Of a DNA stretch of 64,000 nucleotides, positions 32,401 to 47,400 are shown in pieces. This DNA is from Amphiscolops sp. MND2022 (Eukaryota), in NCBI GenBank assembly GCA_964187785.1, contig OZ076409.1, forward strand, positions 55,802,001-55,866,000, written 5' to 3'. The notes under the pieces were generated by a model that had not been told where the DNA came from, searched no databases, and was given only the letters and a program-made list of their open reading frames with translations. The translations under genes were made by a program, and so were the position numbers. The stretch's first letter is position 1. The number at the start of each line of letters is the position of its first letter.

Positions 32401-35400
32401 TAAAAATTCGTTCCAATCGAATTGACAGTTTTTGACTATCTTTCTCAGATTTCAGCTATCGGATTATGATGTTAGTGCACACATAGGGCCCTCAAAAGGT
32501 GTAAAATGACTACCAGAGCCGCATATGCGGTAAAGGAGTCAGCTTAGGTCTTTTTCCTTCTGACTCGCAGACATCCCAGTTATACGAATTTATTGAAATT
32601 GCACACATAGGTCCATATTATGGTGTAGAACGACTGTACTATATTTCGTTCGAATCGTATGGATAGTTTTTGCGAAAATCGACAAACGTCGGAAAATGAC
32701 TGTTTTTTGGCCATTTTTGGGCTAAGTTTGGTTCTGTTTTCTCACATTCCAGTCATACGATTTTGATGCCTTTGCGCATACAGGGGCCCTTATAGGTGTA
32801 GAATGACTGTGCAAAATTTTATGAAAATCGTATGGACAGTTTTTGAGAAATTTGAAATTTTCATGAAAGATTGGAGAAAAAAACACATCCCAGCCATACG
32901 AATTAAATGGAATTGCACAAAAAGGACGATAAAATGGTGTACAATGACTGCAGAAAATTTCGCTCGAATCGTATGGAGAGTTTTTCAGAAAATCGAAAAA
33001 AAAGTCGAAAATGACTGTTTTTTGAGCTTTTTGGGCTAATTTTGACTGTTTCTAACATTCCAGTCATACGATTTTGATGTTTTTGCGCATACAGTGGCCC
33101 CTTTGGGTGCAGAATTACTGTACAAACATTCGTTTGAATCGTATGGACAGTTTTTGAGAAAATGGAAAAAATGGAAAATGGATGTTTTTTGGCCATTTTT
33201 GGGCTACCTTTGGGTATGTTTCTCACATTCCAGTCATACAATTTTGATGCCTTTGCGCATGCCGGGGCCTCTTTGGGGTGTAGAAAGACTGAGCAAATTT
33301 TCATGAAAATCGAATGAACAGTTTCTGAGAACTTTGAAATTTTCATGAAAGGTCGGGAGAAAAAAAAACAAAAAAAACGACACGATCGCAGAAGTAGTCG
33401 AAAATTTTTTCCGGCTCCTAATAAAAAATTTCCTGCGAATCGTATGGACACTTTTTGACAAAATCGAAAAAGTCCAAAAATGGTCGTTTTTTGATCAAAT
33501 TTCCACTGATTTTGGCTACGCTTCTCAGATCCCACTCGTACGATTTTGATACCCTTGCACATACAGGACCCTAATATGGTGCAGAATCACTGTAGAAAGT
33601 TGCGTTCTAATCGTATGAAAAGTTTTTGAGAAAATCGGAAAAAGTCGAAAAATGGATGTTCTTTGGCCTTTTTTGGGCTAATTTTAACAATGTTTTCCAC
33701 ATCCCAGTCGTACGATTTGAATGCCATTGCACATATAAGACTCTAATATGGTGAAAAAGGACTGTAGAAAATTTCGTTTGAATAGTATGGAGAGTGTTTG
33801 AGAAAATCGAAATAAGTCGAAAAATGGCTGTTTTTTGGTCATTTTCGGACTATTTTTGGCTGTTTTTCTCAGATACCAGTCGTTGGATTTTGCCGCCATT
33901 GTGCACGCAGGAGCACCTTTGGGTGTAGAATGAAAGTGCCAATTCTTATAAAAATCTTAGGAATAGTTTCTGAGAGTTTCGAAATTTTCACTGAAAGGTC
34001 GGGAGAAAGTCCACAGCCGCATATGCTGTAAAGGAGTCGGCTTAGGTCTTTTTCGTTCTGACTCGCTCGAATCCCAGTCTTACATTTTTTAAATTGCACT
34101 CATAGGTCCATATTATGGTGTAGAATGACTGTATAAAATTTCGTTTGAATCGTATGAAAAGTTTTTGAGAAAATGGAAAAAATTGAAAAATTGATGTTTT
34201 TGGCCATTTTTGGACTACTTTTGGCTATGTTTCTCACATCCCAGCCATACGATTTTGATGCCACTGCACATGTAAGGACTCTGATATGGTGTAGAATGAC
34301 TAAAAAATTTCGTTCGAATCGTATGGACACTTTTTGAGAAAACCGAAAAAATTCGAAAAATGGCTTTTTTGGCCTTTTTTCGGCTAATTTTGGCTATGTT
34401 TCCCACATTCCAGCCATACAATTTCGATGCATTTGCTCACACAAGGGCTCCTTCGGGTGTAGAATGACTGTGCAGAATTTTATGAAAATCGCATGGACGG
34501 TTTTCGAGAAAATTGAAGTTTTCATTGAAAGGTCGGGAGAAAAAAACGACACACTTTCATAAGTAGTCGAAAACTTTTTCCGACTCCTAAAAAACAAAAA
34601 AAACGTCACGATTGAATAAGTAGTCAAAAATTTCTTGCCACTCCTACAAAAACTAGCTACATGATATGCTTTCTCGAGGCACAATCCAACTTTTTTTGAG
34701 AAAAAGCGCCTAAAAACTCCACAAACGCAAACATTTACCGAATTATAAGACCATCTTTGCAATTTTTATGCATTTTTATTATTTCCGTTGCATAGAAGTT
34801 ACGAAGCTCAAATTTTGAACAGTTAGTTTTCCAGTACACTTTTTGGAAGAGAAAATTGAATTTTTTGTTTGAAAATTTACCGAAAAAAAAATCAAAAAGC
34901 AAAACTATTCTTATCATGACGGTTTTGTGGTAAATTTTGTATGTTTCCAAAAATTTTGCGAATGAATACACCTAAAGTGCCAACACATGAACCTGTAAGC
35001 TATTCAGTACGCTTTCTAGAAAAGGAATCAGATGTTTTTCATTAGGAAAATCTGTCTAAAAATTTCAAGATTTTCTATAGTTTCAAAGTCCGAACAAATT
35101 GGGGTACCATTTTTGAAAGTTTCGATGGGTATGCATACGCATCGAAATTTTCAAATGGTACCCAATTTAGTTTCCTAACTTGTCGAATGTGTTGTTCAAA
35201 AATTGTATTTTCATATCGACGAAAACATCAATAAGATGATGAAATGCTGAATAATGTTTCAAAAAATGCTTACAGTTTCGAGCTGTTTCGTGGGTATGGG
35301 GTAATGTAGAGTCCAATTTCAAACCATGTAGCTGCATAGCATAGTTATACTCAGTGTACTATGGTTTGTTTTAGAAAAAAAGAAATACCAGAATCCAAAA

Positions 35401-38400
35401 AGTTAATATTTTGTAACTGTTTTGAACTATTATCGCAAGTTTGTCGTTCAATCAGTTTCAACAATACGTCTTCCTTAGAATATTTCGGGACGGAATATAT
35501 CCACCTTCTAAGCGAGCATCTTGTTAAATCAATTTGTCGATCAATTACCTTAGAGTTCGTGAGTAATTGATTTTTCTCCGAAACGTTCCGTGGTAGATAA
35601 TTGCTTTTAAAAACACTGTGATTATATTTTCTTCGGATGCGGGACAAAACAGCCGATTTCAAACAGGACAAAATCGCCGATTGGTAAAAATAAAAATCGC
35701 CGATTTTGTCAATTCGTAAGAAAGCAACCAAGCAATTAAACAATTATTGGATTATGCAACTTTGCTTCAAAACGGCATTGACCGATAAGCAAGTACCAGT
35801 TCGCGTCTCAGCATTCACTTTCAACCGCATGCAATTTCATGTCCATTTGAAAGTGTGAACGTGATGTGACTAAATATTGGTGATAAGAAATAGTTCGTAA
35901 AACACAATTGAACGCCAACAAACTTTGAAAGTCAATTGAACATTTGAAGTCATTTTTCGAGAACTTCAGTTACAATTAACAACTTAGAAAAGTGCTACTC
36001 CTTTAAAAGGTTGGTCTGATTCCTCTGTCACGCTCTTGTGGTTTCACGGGCATGGTTCTAATGTGGCTACATAAAAGAGCAGTTATGGGGAGTAGTGCGC
36101 CAACCTTCGGTACCCGGGGGAGGACGCAACCGGGTGCCCGTTAGTTGTAACTGATGAAAAATAAAGTCAATAAAATATTAAAATCGAAAATAAAATCAAA
36201 TTACATCTCAACAAATAGGAAGGCCGCAAATGAAAAGTTTTTTGAAATTACAAGATAAAATGGCAACATTGTGTGACATTCCACAGAAAAAGCTCAAAAT
36301 ATCAGTTTTTGCCGACTCGTAGCTCGAAACTAAAACATGGATTCTTTGATGCAAATCTTCAAGCTTGCGTTTTCGTGAGCAAATGTCTTCTCCGGTGTTA
36401 ATTTTCTCAACTTTGAGTTCCGCGTCTTTTTGGGAATCTTTGAATTGTGGAATGAGTTTCGCAATGCTGGGATGTTTGGTATTCACTGCAATATTGAAAA
36501 TTCGGTTCCACACTTCAACGTTATTGTTGGTTTTGTTTTTTTTTGTTATTACTGCATTGTAGACGCTCCATTCTTTAATTTCGAACCTGGGGGATCGTCT
36601 TCCAGATCCGAAATTGCGGGGCAATCCAATGTAGGTTTTTTCGAAGTAATCGAGAAATTCATTAGCATCTGCGTCAGCAGTGTTTTTGCGTATGCACTCA
36701 AAACCTTTCACGCAGTCGACTGGTGGGAGAAACTGCAGTGCAGCAGTCATTCTGACAATTTTGCGATATTCGTCTGCACTCTCGACTGGAAAATCTTTCT
36801 GTAATTCGCGTCTCAAGCTTTCAGCTTTATCGTGGCTTGATTGGGCACGATCTTTGATTTTTCTTTTAAACTCGCGAGCATTCACAGCATCTGCGTTGGG
36901 CGCATGGCAATGTTCTTTTTTCAGGATGGCAATATTTTCGATAATATTTATTCTTCCTCTGCAGTGTGCCTCGATGCAACCCAGGAAGTGCCATTTTTCA
37001 AAATACTACCACCTCCATAAAAATATCCATCCAGGACAGCAAGCTGCTTTCCTTTTTGACTGATGATGAATTTCATTTTGTAAACGAACGTGAAACTATT
37101 GCCTGGTGAAAGTCTGAACTCAAATGATTTCATTTCAGTTAATTTGGTTGTGCGGAAGTATCAATTAGCACTTTTATTTTCTTGCCCAATGAAACTATAA
37201 TTAGTAATTACTGCAAAGTAGTGCTATTAAAGCGGCCTAATAAAACTAGCTGTTAATTTCTTTTGTTTTTATGATTGACTTTTGATTTACTGCGTTGTTG
37301 TTTCTCTTAACTTTTGTTCTTTGTTCTGTTTTGGAAATCAGCTGTTTTGTCCCGTTTTGAAAATCGGCTGTTTTGTCTCGTTTCAAAATCGGCTGTTTTG
37401 TCCCGCTCCCATTTTCTTCGCTTGACTTTAGAAGGACCAGCGATAGGAGTGCGTAAGTTCGAATACCGCATAGAACTATTGTTTATAATTTCTGAGAATA
37501 AACCAAGACCAAAGGGTCCCTAATACCAACTGTTGAACTTGATTACGAAATTTAGTTTTGCCAGAAAGAGGGTCGCAGTTCCAATGTAAAGAGGGCTAAA
37601 CATTATGTACTTTCTACAAAAGAACTATTAGAAATATTTTATATTTTTCCTGATACATTTACAACGGAAAAACGTTTTCGATCCAGATTATTTACGTTAT
37701 ACCTTAATTAAATAAAAATCATCTTGCCAAGAAGAACGTGAAGAGTCGAATAAGGCCATTGCTGAACTTTTGCAATCTCTAGAAACGGTCAAAACTATTT
37801 AAAGCATTGAAAATTTAACTGGGGATTCCAACCAAAGGATGACGCGAGAGTTAGATTTAATCGTGGATACTGTTAATAAACATATCCAATAAACAGATTC
37901 AAGTTAATAAAGCAGATCCATGGCTGGATGCACTAAGACTGAATTAGATTTTCGAAAGCTTGTGAAGATTCTAGTTTCACTCGGTGGCTATTTTTGATCA
38001 GTTGTAAAACAGTCGATTGATATCAGTGAACCAGAAATGGACTAGAAGTCCATGAATGGAATGCCTTGGAGTATCAGTGCGAGAGTCACCGTCAAGAAAT
38101 TACGGGAATCCAGGGGCTCGTTGAAATAATACTTACCTATCAGTCCGATCAAAATAGACAACCTTCGGCCCAATCGGTCAATGGTATAAAAGGACACAAT
38201 TGTAATGAGCAGCTGTACCAAGCCCACTACTGCCACCAAGTACTTCGGCAAGTCAGGGGTATCCCTCAGGGTGGCATCGGGTATGACAGCGCGGAAAATG
38301 GGCTCCGAGTAGTAGATGATGGCGTTGATGCCGGAAAATTGTTGTGTTACCGCCAGCATGCATGCAAGTGCCAAAGCTCTTTGCAGGTACCTGGAACAAA

Positions 38401-41400
38401 AGCACGTCTCCATTGCTTTCAACTTCGCCGAAATTTTCATCAAACTTTTACTGGGTTGTATACTACTATTTGTTAGTAAAGTGATTTTGTTTCGTTACAT
38501 CATCAATATCAAAACTTGAATGGTTTATTGAAAATGTCTTATTTTTGTACTATCTATTATCGATATTTTCAGGTAGAAGCATTAGTTCCGCGATATAGAA
38601 TGTTTCAAACTAATTGCCTCAATTGTTGGAGACCTTGAATGGTTGCTTGAAAGCGAACACTCACTTGATTCTACTGAAATCTCTGTAGCTTACAGGTGGC
38701 TCTGCTTTATCTTTCTGATCATCAGCGAGCATGTCCCGCATTTCCATCTCCACCTGTTTTCGACCAGGGATACTTCAATTGCAACAGTGTGAACCAAAAC
38801 GAACAAAAGCAAACGTTAACTAGTGAAATTTCCATTAAATACTTGTTCCAGTTTTACTTCGAGCGCATTAGTTCGGGAAAACAAGCAAAAAACAGCGTAA
38901 TTCGGGGCAATTTTTTAAAAGGTACTTCAAAACCTCAAGGACACTTTTTGAAAAAATTCCTCAATCTTATAGTGCCAAAACAAGCTCGAAGGGGAACCCT
39001 TTTTGCCTGAAAAGGCTTGTTTCTAAACAAAAATACTTGCCTTTTTCCTGTTTATTACCAGAAACATCAAAAAAGCTAAAGCGCGACACTTTTGTGAATA
39101 AAACATTCTCGCAAAAAAATCACAGTGTCAAAAAAATCTTCAAAAATCGCAGTTTTGAAAAATTTTCATGGCCTTTTTCGACCGTATGTAATAATAGTAT
39201 TCGCGTAAGACGCCAAAGGTGACACAGTTTATAGCAACTGTGTTATATACATTGGTTGTCTTTAAAAAGTTGAGTTTTCATATTCGCAATAGGAACCGAG
39301 CGCGCTCAAATAAAGTTTTGACACTTTTTGAAGTTTGTATCCATTTTTAAAGGAAACTCTCAAATCAAGGACACAATAAATACTTAAGTCCTTGTTTGTC
39401 GAACTGTGTGGATGACCTAACCTACAAAATAAAAACTAATTCCTCATCAAACGTCATTAAAAAGGTCAGAATTTTTTTAGTCTTGTGCCATTTTGCGGTC
39501 ATTTCTCTAACTTACCTGCAGCAAATACCTTACTCCATAGCTAGTTATTTCACCCGGAGCCTTATGAATAATTTTTGGCAAAACGATCAATAAAAGTTTT
39601 CAACGTTTCCGATGAAAGTTTTATATCATTTTCATTTGAAACGCGAATTGATAACTTCATGTTTCAATGGGGAGCCTGCTGACTTTTCTAATAGGGGAAA
39701 AATTTTGGCGTTTGTAATAAGTTGGGATTATATTGTCACAGTTTGAAAAGTTCGAAACTTTTGACTTTTTGTTAGCTTCTTGAAGAGTTTTATCCACCTT
39801 TCTCCTCTGAAAAGCGTTTTCAATTGCCAGTTGTTTCAACGTTCAGGTGAATGGAAAATTTAATCTGAAAAAAAATCATGAAACGGGGACTTGATTTTAT
39901 GATTTTCTGTTTTAGTTTTTGTGGCCAATTTCAACCGCAGTTATCTATTCATTAAAATCTAACTAGTATTCAATTTATTCGTCCTTGAACAATTTGATTA
40001 TTTTAACAAAGGAAATATTTTGGTAATCTTACAAAAATTGCATTGAAAAATTCAAATTTCAATATTTTGGAGTTTTAGACGCTTCAGATTATTTCCTATC
40101 ACAAACTAAAAGTTCCTTTTTAGAAAAGCGGACAAGATAAATATTTACGGGTCGTTGGACAATTTTATCATGCTAATCAACGTTTTTGTTCAAACTATTT
40201 TAAAAAGTTGCTGAACAAGAAAACATTGCAGTGTTTTTTAGTCATTCCGGTGTGATTCTCTGCAATTTTTTCAGAAACAGTAATGCATAACTAGTTTTTA
40301 GGAGCCTTTTAAAATTTCCTATATGACAGTTTATTACAATTTTGGCGCCGCCAAAAAATCACGACGATTGTCAATTTTGAAATTTTTGTTTTTCCGTCAA
40401 CTTTCAGAATTTTTAGAGGCACTTTTCTAAAGTAACGAGGAGAAACAGGAGGATAAATACAGTGAATTTAAAAGCTAGAGCGTAAGTATCATAACAGATC
40501 AGTATCGTATCTTTTTTTCAGAGTGTATCTCATATACGCATTAACGTTACATGACATCATAAAAGTGGCAGGTAGTTCGATGTTCACTTTAATTGAATTG
40601 TTCATTTTGCCATTTCATGCCACATTCCCCTCCTTCCGGGATCTCCTAGGGGAACCATGGTTGTTGTGGGTTGTCCTTCATGATTCGTGGAAATGGGGTG
40701 AACGGGAATCGAGCTGGAGTGGTGAAAGTGTAGGCGTCTCCTAAACGTAAAAGATTTAAAAATATTCTACACCGCCTAATTTCACTACTCTTCGTGCTGA
40801 TTTTATCCTTTCGGATCTACGCGGTTCAGATTCTGGTTTTATTTGATTTTTTTTTCAACGTAAGAATTTTGTTCCGCCCTAATTTTTCCTGTTGTCCCTT
40901 CTCCTGGTTCGGCAGTTTCATTTCCAGTATCGGGCGTTGTTTGGCGGTGTATCGGTGTACCTTGAACGTCCGGTTGCGGTGGGTTATTGGCCCGTCCGGT
41001 GCTACATCCGACCTGTGCTGTGGGTGCCGGTGTCTGTTCCCGCAATCTTTCAATTTCTCGTCCGATCTCGGCTCTGAGATCTGTCTCTTCCGGATCTTCT
41101 TCTTCTCTGTCGGAGTCGGGATTGTCTTCTCCCGAGCTGGGGTCGGCGGTGTTGGATTCTCCACTAGATGAGTCGTATGCGATTATCCGCTTGTATTTCT
41201 TCTTTGTGGGCATTGTCGGGAGAGTGCGGCTGGTGCTGGGTCCTTCCTCGGCGTCGTTGTTGTTGCTGTCGAAGCGTCGGTGTGCTTCGCAGAATTTGCC
41301 GCTGCTGAATTTTCCGCACCTTTTGCACCGGGTGATGACCTTCTTCGGTTCGTCTGGTTTCCTTGGGGTTTGAAATTTTAAAGGTTTAGAAGCGAGTTTT

Positions 41401-44400
41401 TTGTGTATTGTCCTACCATCAGAGCTAGTGACAGTATGATCGGTCTCTTTTACTGCTGTTAGAGTTTTATTTGTTTTAAAACCGCATTTCATTGAGTTGG
41501 GTTTATTCTCTTTTTCCAAGAATTGGTGTTTTTTGAATTCCCGGCTTACCGAACGGTTTCTCTTTCGTGTATCGTTGAGCACCAGGTAGTCAGCCATTTC
41601 TCCTTCAGCGTCATTGATGGTGACTATTTGTAACTCTGTTGGTTGTGCTGAAATATAATTGGTTAGTGTTTTCTTCCAATTGGATAGTAGACATTCAGGT
41701 TCACCGATTATGTTGGTAAGTGCGGTGCGTGGTTTTGCTGCCTAAGTGCATTTGGAAAGGCGTCATATTTAATCTACTGTGTAGAGTCTGTCTAATTGTC
41801 TTGATGCTAATTGTACGCTGTCTTCGAATTTTAATCCGTCGGCCATATTCGCTCGAGTTGATGACTTAATTGTCCGTATCATACGCTCGACTAGGCCGGT
41901 ACCGGTGTGTAGGTTCGGAGTGCATCTTATGCGTTTTATGTTTTCATCCGTACAGAGTTTTTTGAATTCGCTGCTTTTGAAACAACTGCCTTTATCGGTT
42001 CTAACACTCTGTGGTGTCCCGTTGTTTGTGAAATATTCGGTTAAAAGTTTAAAACGGTCCGCGTATCCGCACTTTTACATCCTTGTGCGGTGGGCCACTT
42101 AATAAAACGGTCTACCGCTACTAAATGTAAACATCACCGCGTGATTTTGATTTTATTGGACCGGCGAAATCCAATTGAATCTCCTGATTCGGTTCGGTTA
42201 AAATTTCTAAATTATTTTCTCCGTCGACGGAATTTGTGTAATGATATTCTTACCTGCGGCTCTACAACTCGGGCATGTCTCTGCTTTTTCGTGTACGTCT
42301 CGGTTCAGGCCTGGCCACCAGAAGGCTTCGGCGAGTTGTTCCATTTTATTTTTGGAGACATGGCCGTGGTGCAGCATAGCAATGATGGTCGACCGCATAT
42401 TTTCCGGGATAACTATTCTGTCATTATAAAATAACAATCCAAATCAGGTTGACAGATGTAGACGGTGGGGGCGGTAGGGATAGAAGATGCTTTCCAGCTG
42501 TTGTTGTTCGATTGCGGCAATTGTGTTCAAGATTTTGACATCGCGTGCTGTCTCATCCACCAATAGGGGCAGGTCCATTGCAAAATCCTTTTCTGCTTTC
42601 TTTAATACATCTGCGGTCTTCTCATTTTGTTCTGGTTCTAACGTGTTCAGCTTGGCCGTCTGCTTCAGTCTAATGAGATTGACCGTTTCGTGTTTTTTGA
42701 ACCGTCTCAGTGCGTTGGTGGGGCATTTATCTTGTATTGTCCGGCTCGTCTGACTTTCGCCATCGAATTGATTATTGTTTGTCCAAGATTCGTTGTTGTT
42801 CTGCTGGAATTCTTGTAAAGGGGTCGTGTCCAGTGTTTCACAATAGTGAAAGAAACGATTGTAAATTTCGATGTTTAATTCAGCTATTCGTTTTCGTCCT
42901 GCTTGATTGGACCTGTATTCCTGAATTCTCTCGCTTTCCTTGCCCTTCCCCACTATTCGAGTCTTGTCCGGTTTCAGGATATGGTTTCTTTCGATCCATA
43001 AACGTTTCGTCTCCGGTGAGTGGCCTCTCTTTTTGAATATAAAATCCATATCGATTCCGTTGACCTTGTCCATTTTATTGTTTGACGACGGTGAAGTTTT
43101 GAATGAGTTTGGAATGCTGCTGTTTAGTAACGATGAGGCTTTAAGCAAATGAGTATTCCGATTTCGTTCGCGTATGTTAGAGTCGCTTTGTGATTGGTTG
43201 AAATTTTTTGTCGTATTGGTTCGTTCAGTGAATCGTTTTATGCTGCCGCGTTTTTGGTTAAATTCTAATAAGCCGTATATTTGATTAATGACGAACTCTT
43301 CTTCGGCTTCCGCTTCGGTTAATCCGTCCGCTTTGTTTTCTATATCGGCGATTTCGGTTGGTATGATCGGATGACGGCTCAAATAGTCCGTCAGCGGAAT
43401 GTTTTTGCTGGCCGTGTATTGAACATTAACGTCGAAATGGCTCAATCTATTCAGCCAACGCGTTAATCGCGCGCTGTATTGCTTATGAGCACGGTTCTTT
43501 TTCAACAGTGGTTGTAACGCCTGGTGATCTGTTAGCAAATTTACTCTTTTTCCAAACACAAAACACCTGAAGTATTCTAAACCCACAGAGCCCCTAGTAA
43601 TTCTAATTCATTAATTGCGAATTTCTTTTCACAATCAGTTGAAAATCTACTTGCGAATGCTACGGGTCCAAAAGTTTCACCCTCTTTCTGCCATAGTGTT
43701 GCGCCTAGTTCGGTATTGCACGCATCTGTGGTGATATAGTTTTTCTTCTGTGGGTCGAAGTGCGCTAGGCATGGGGCCTCTGTGATCTCTTTCATCAGCT
43801 TTTCGAAGTCTTCGTCTATCTCGGGTGTCCATTCCCATTTGATGTCCTTTCTCAAGAGTTTTCTCATTTCATCGGTTTTCTTCGATAGATTATTGATGAA
43901 CTTCGATAAGAACTGTATTGATCCCAGGAATGACTTCAGTTCTTTGACGTTTTTCGGGGCTTCTAGTTTAGTTATTGCTTCCGTTTTGTCCTTGATTGGT
44001 GTAACGCCATTTTGGTTGATATAGTAGCCGAGCCAGGTTATTTCCTTTTTGAATAGTTCTGTTTTCTTTTCGCTTGCTCGATAACCGGCGTCTTGTAGTT
44101 TTGACAAAACTTCTCGCAGTATTTTTTCATGGCCTTCAATATCGCCGTTGGTCACGCATATAATGTCGTCTAACCAGACCGGTGTTTTGAATTCCAACAC
44201 GGAGTCAATATGTTCTTGGAATACCGTAGGGATGTCGGATAAGCCGTAAAAACCTTTCTTGAACCGGTAATGTCCGGTAAATTCTCCCCCAATGATGGAG
44301 AATACGCAGTGTCTTGCGGCTTCTTTCGACACTTTGGCTTGTCCATATGCGTAATCCAGGTCGATTTTGGACATCCAAATATCCCCGTTTCCTTTAGTAA

Positions 44401-47400
44401 TTTTGGCAGAAATTTTGCTGATCAATTCTTCCATGTTCGGCATCGCAGCTTCTCTTTTTATACATGCATCATTCAGTTTTCGTGAATCCAAAGCTATTTT
44501 GACTGATTTGTCCTTTTTGATGGTGATAACTGCGGATGATACGAAGCAATTTTCAGTTGTTTTGTCAGCCTTTTCTAATGTCCTTTGTCTATTAATTTTT
44601 CTAATTCTTCACGGACAATTTTTTGGAAATGAATAGTGACCGGCCGTCCCTTCTGTTGGATTGGCTTGACGTCTTTTTTCAACTGAATATCGATGGTGAG
44701 ATCCTTGATAGTGTGGTTGTTTTTGAATAGATCTTCGTATTCGTTGATGATTCTTTTTCTTCTTTCGTCTTCTGTCACATTTGTTTTCTTGCTGCCTTGT
44801 AATCCAATTTCCAATTTATCAAGCCAGTCTAAGCCCAATATTGGTTGGGTGTTTTTGTTTTCTGTTATTAAGATTGGTAATATCTCTCTGCTTTTTTCTG
44901 TTTTCACTTCAACCATGGCTTCCCCCTTGAATTTTATTGGATTCTTGTTTACGTCCACAAATGTTTTTGTTGTTTTCTTCACTTCGGTCAAATCAATAAT
45001 TGGCGGGATAATTGTCAGTGGAGAGCCGCTATCAATAATGAATTCTATTGGCTGGCCGTGGACCAATAGGATAGTTTTATAGAAGTCGACTCGGTTAATG
45101 CCGTTTACGGATTGAATATGGTCCACTTCCGGCCATGATTCGGTATTACTGTCCGACGAAGCCGCTTCGGCTATCCCGTTCACGGTCTTGGATTTACAAA
45201 CCTTGGCAAAATGTCCCATCTTTTTGCAGTTGTTGCATTGTGCTCTCCATGCCGGGCAAATATGTTCCATGGACCAGTTTGGCTTTCCGCAGAAGCGGCA
45301 GTTTTTGTTCGATAATTTCCTTTTATCGTTGAATTGTGTCCTCCACTTCCGTGATTGGTTCGTATGTCCGATTAGTTCGGTGTATGTTGAACTGCTTGTG
45401 GAATCTTTTTTGGTTTTTTTGGTTTTGGGTTTTTTATCGCCGTACTTTCTGTTGTAGTTGTCGAGTTCTATGGTCTCCAATACCAATTGTATTTTCAGAG
45501 GGCCCTTTATGAATTTGTCATGGGCTCGTTTGTCTTTAATTGTGGCTGCAAATTTGTACGTGATAATTTCTTCTGCCGTTATATTCCCAAAGTCACACTT
45601 TCTCTCGATGTCCACGAGCCTCTTCCAATATTCATCTAAAGTCTCGTTATCATCTTGCTTCAGGTTGAAAAATTGGGCCCTGCTGTGGAACACGTTCCTT
45701 ACTGGGAGAAATGTTTTTTTGAACAATGTCAGTAGTTCTGGTAATTTGACATCTTTTATTTCTCGGCCCCATTGTCCTCTCATGATTTCATGTTTGGCTT
45801 TTGGGCCTAGAGCCCAGATAACGTCGCCTTTTATGTGGAATACCGTGTGGGGGTCCATGTATTCTACTCCTTCGTCGGTAATTTCGTCCAAATTTCGGTT
45901 GTACGTCAGAAGGATGTGTTCCCAAATTTGTTCCCACCACATCTTGGGGTTGGTTTTTGTAAGGTCGGTTTCTCTATCAGATAAGATAGGAATTTTGTAC
46001 TTGCTTTTTTCCACTCTTTCTGACATCGTTTGGTTGTTGATTGTCCGTGTTGACTGTTCCGAAGACATCGGTCTGTCCTCCGTGGAGTTGAGGTCAGTGT
46101 TATTATTGTCCATTGTTTTTCTTTCTGTTCAAGATGCTGACTGCGCCATAAAGTAACGAGGAGAAACACGAGGATAAATACAGTGAATATAAAAGCTAGA
46201 GCGTAAGTATCATAACAGATCAGTATCGTATCTTTTTTTCAGAGTGTATCTCATATACGCATTAACGTTACATGACATCATAAAAGTGGCAGGTAGTTCG
46301 ATGTTCACTTTAATTGAATTGTTCATTTTGCCACTTCATGCCACATTTTCGAAGAAACTGCGCACATCGTTTAGAAGAAGGATACCAAGTTCAGTCGTTC
46401 TAGAATGCCTACACTATTCTAATTCACAAACAAGTCACGAAAGATTCACGAAAAGAAGAGCATAAAAATATCAAATACTGGACAGTTTGGGATTTCTGGA
46501 TGAAGTTGGTTCATTCTGAGGTACATGCCTTCGTTCAAAAAAGCCAATTTTTCTCTCAAAATCACACTGCATGCCTTATTATGAAATTTGGAGTTTCTGA
46601 CACTCTAAATAACGAAATTTTTCAAATTTCTAACAAAAACTCGGCAAAAATTTTGATGTTCGACTTCGTTCGGGTCAAGTTGAGGTCGTTTTTCCAACAC
46701 AAATGTGTAGAAGTGTCTTCAAGAAAGGCAAGTGGGTAATGACTGTAATTGTTGTTGGACATTTTCATCATTGTAACCATCGAAAAATTTCAAAACAAAA
46801 AAGATAGTAAAAATGCATTAAACGTTTAAAAAACGTAATTTATTCTAATTTCCGACTCAAAACCACTTCAACATTCTCTTCCAAAAAGCTTCTCCACTGA
46901 TTTAAATATTTTCCTTGTCAATTTGAAATGTGGACGGAAAAAGACAATTAAAATTCACTTCATAGTTAGGTTTTTATAAGTGTTGGGCTATAAAAATAGG
47001 CTATAATAATTGCGTTTCATTTGATAAAGTGCCGACTTATTGGATTTTTCAAGACCGTCGCGAACTGACGTTCACGTTTTCGACACTTTTTTTAAAAGAC
47101 CAAAACCTTTTCCGCAAAGTTGGCTTCTTTAACTTTACAGTTAAGCGAAAGCGTTTTCCGACTCCCAAGAGTGTCCTCGTTTTTGGTTTTTGGCACTGTA
47201 TTTTTTTGCAAATTATAATTGTCCTCGAGCATTCAAAAAACTGCTTTTTTGGACCTTGAGCGGGAACAAATTTGGGCTGTTCCCTGCTAGTTTATACTTG
47301 ATGTTATTTTATTTTTACTAATTACCAAAAAGTATAACTTTATCATGGTCAATTGACTCTTCTAAATTGTATGATCATATCTCATCTTTTGTCATCCCTG

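Noticed and set aside
32803..34762. Multiple 70-219 aa ORFs; possible CRISPR-like or coding repeat
   Set aside because: These are translations of the ~175-bp tandem unit. There is no short constant repeat with unique spacers and no cas gene, and the context is eukaryotic.
45458..46156. 232-aa plus-strand ORF and similar ORFs opposite gag, pol and env
   Set aside because: They are shadow frames antisense to real coding sequence, with no motifs or independent signals.
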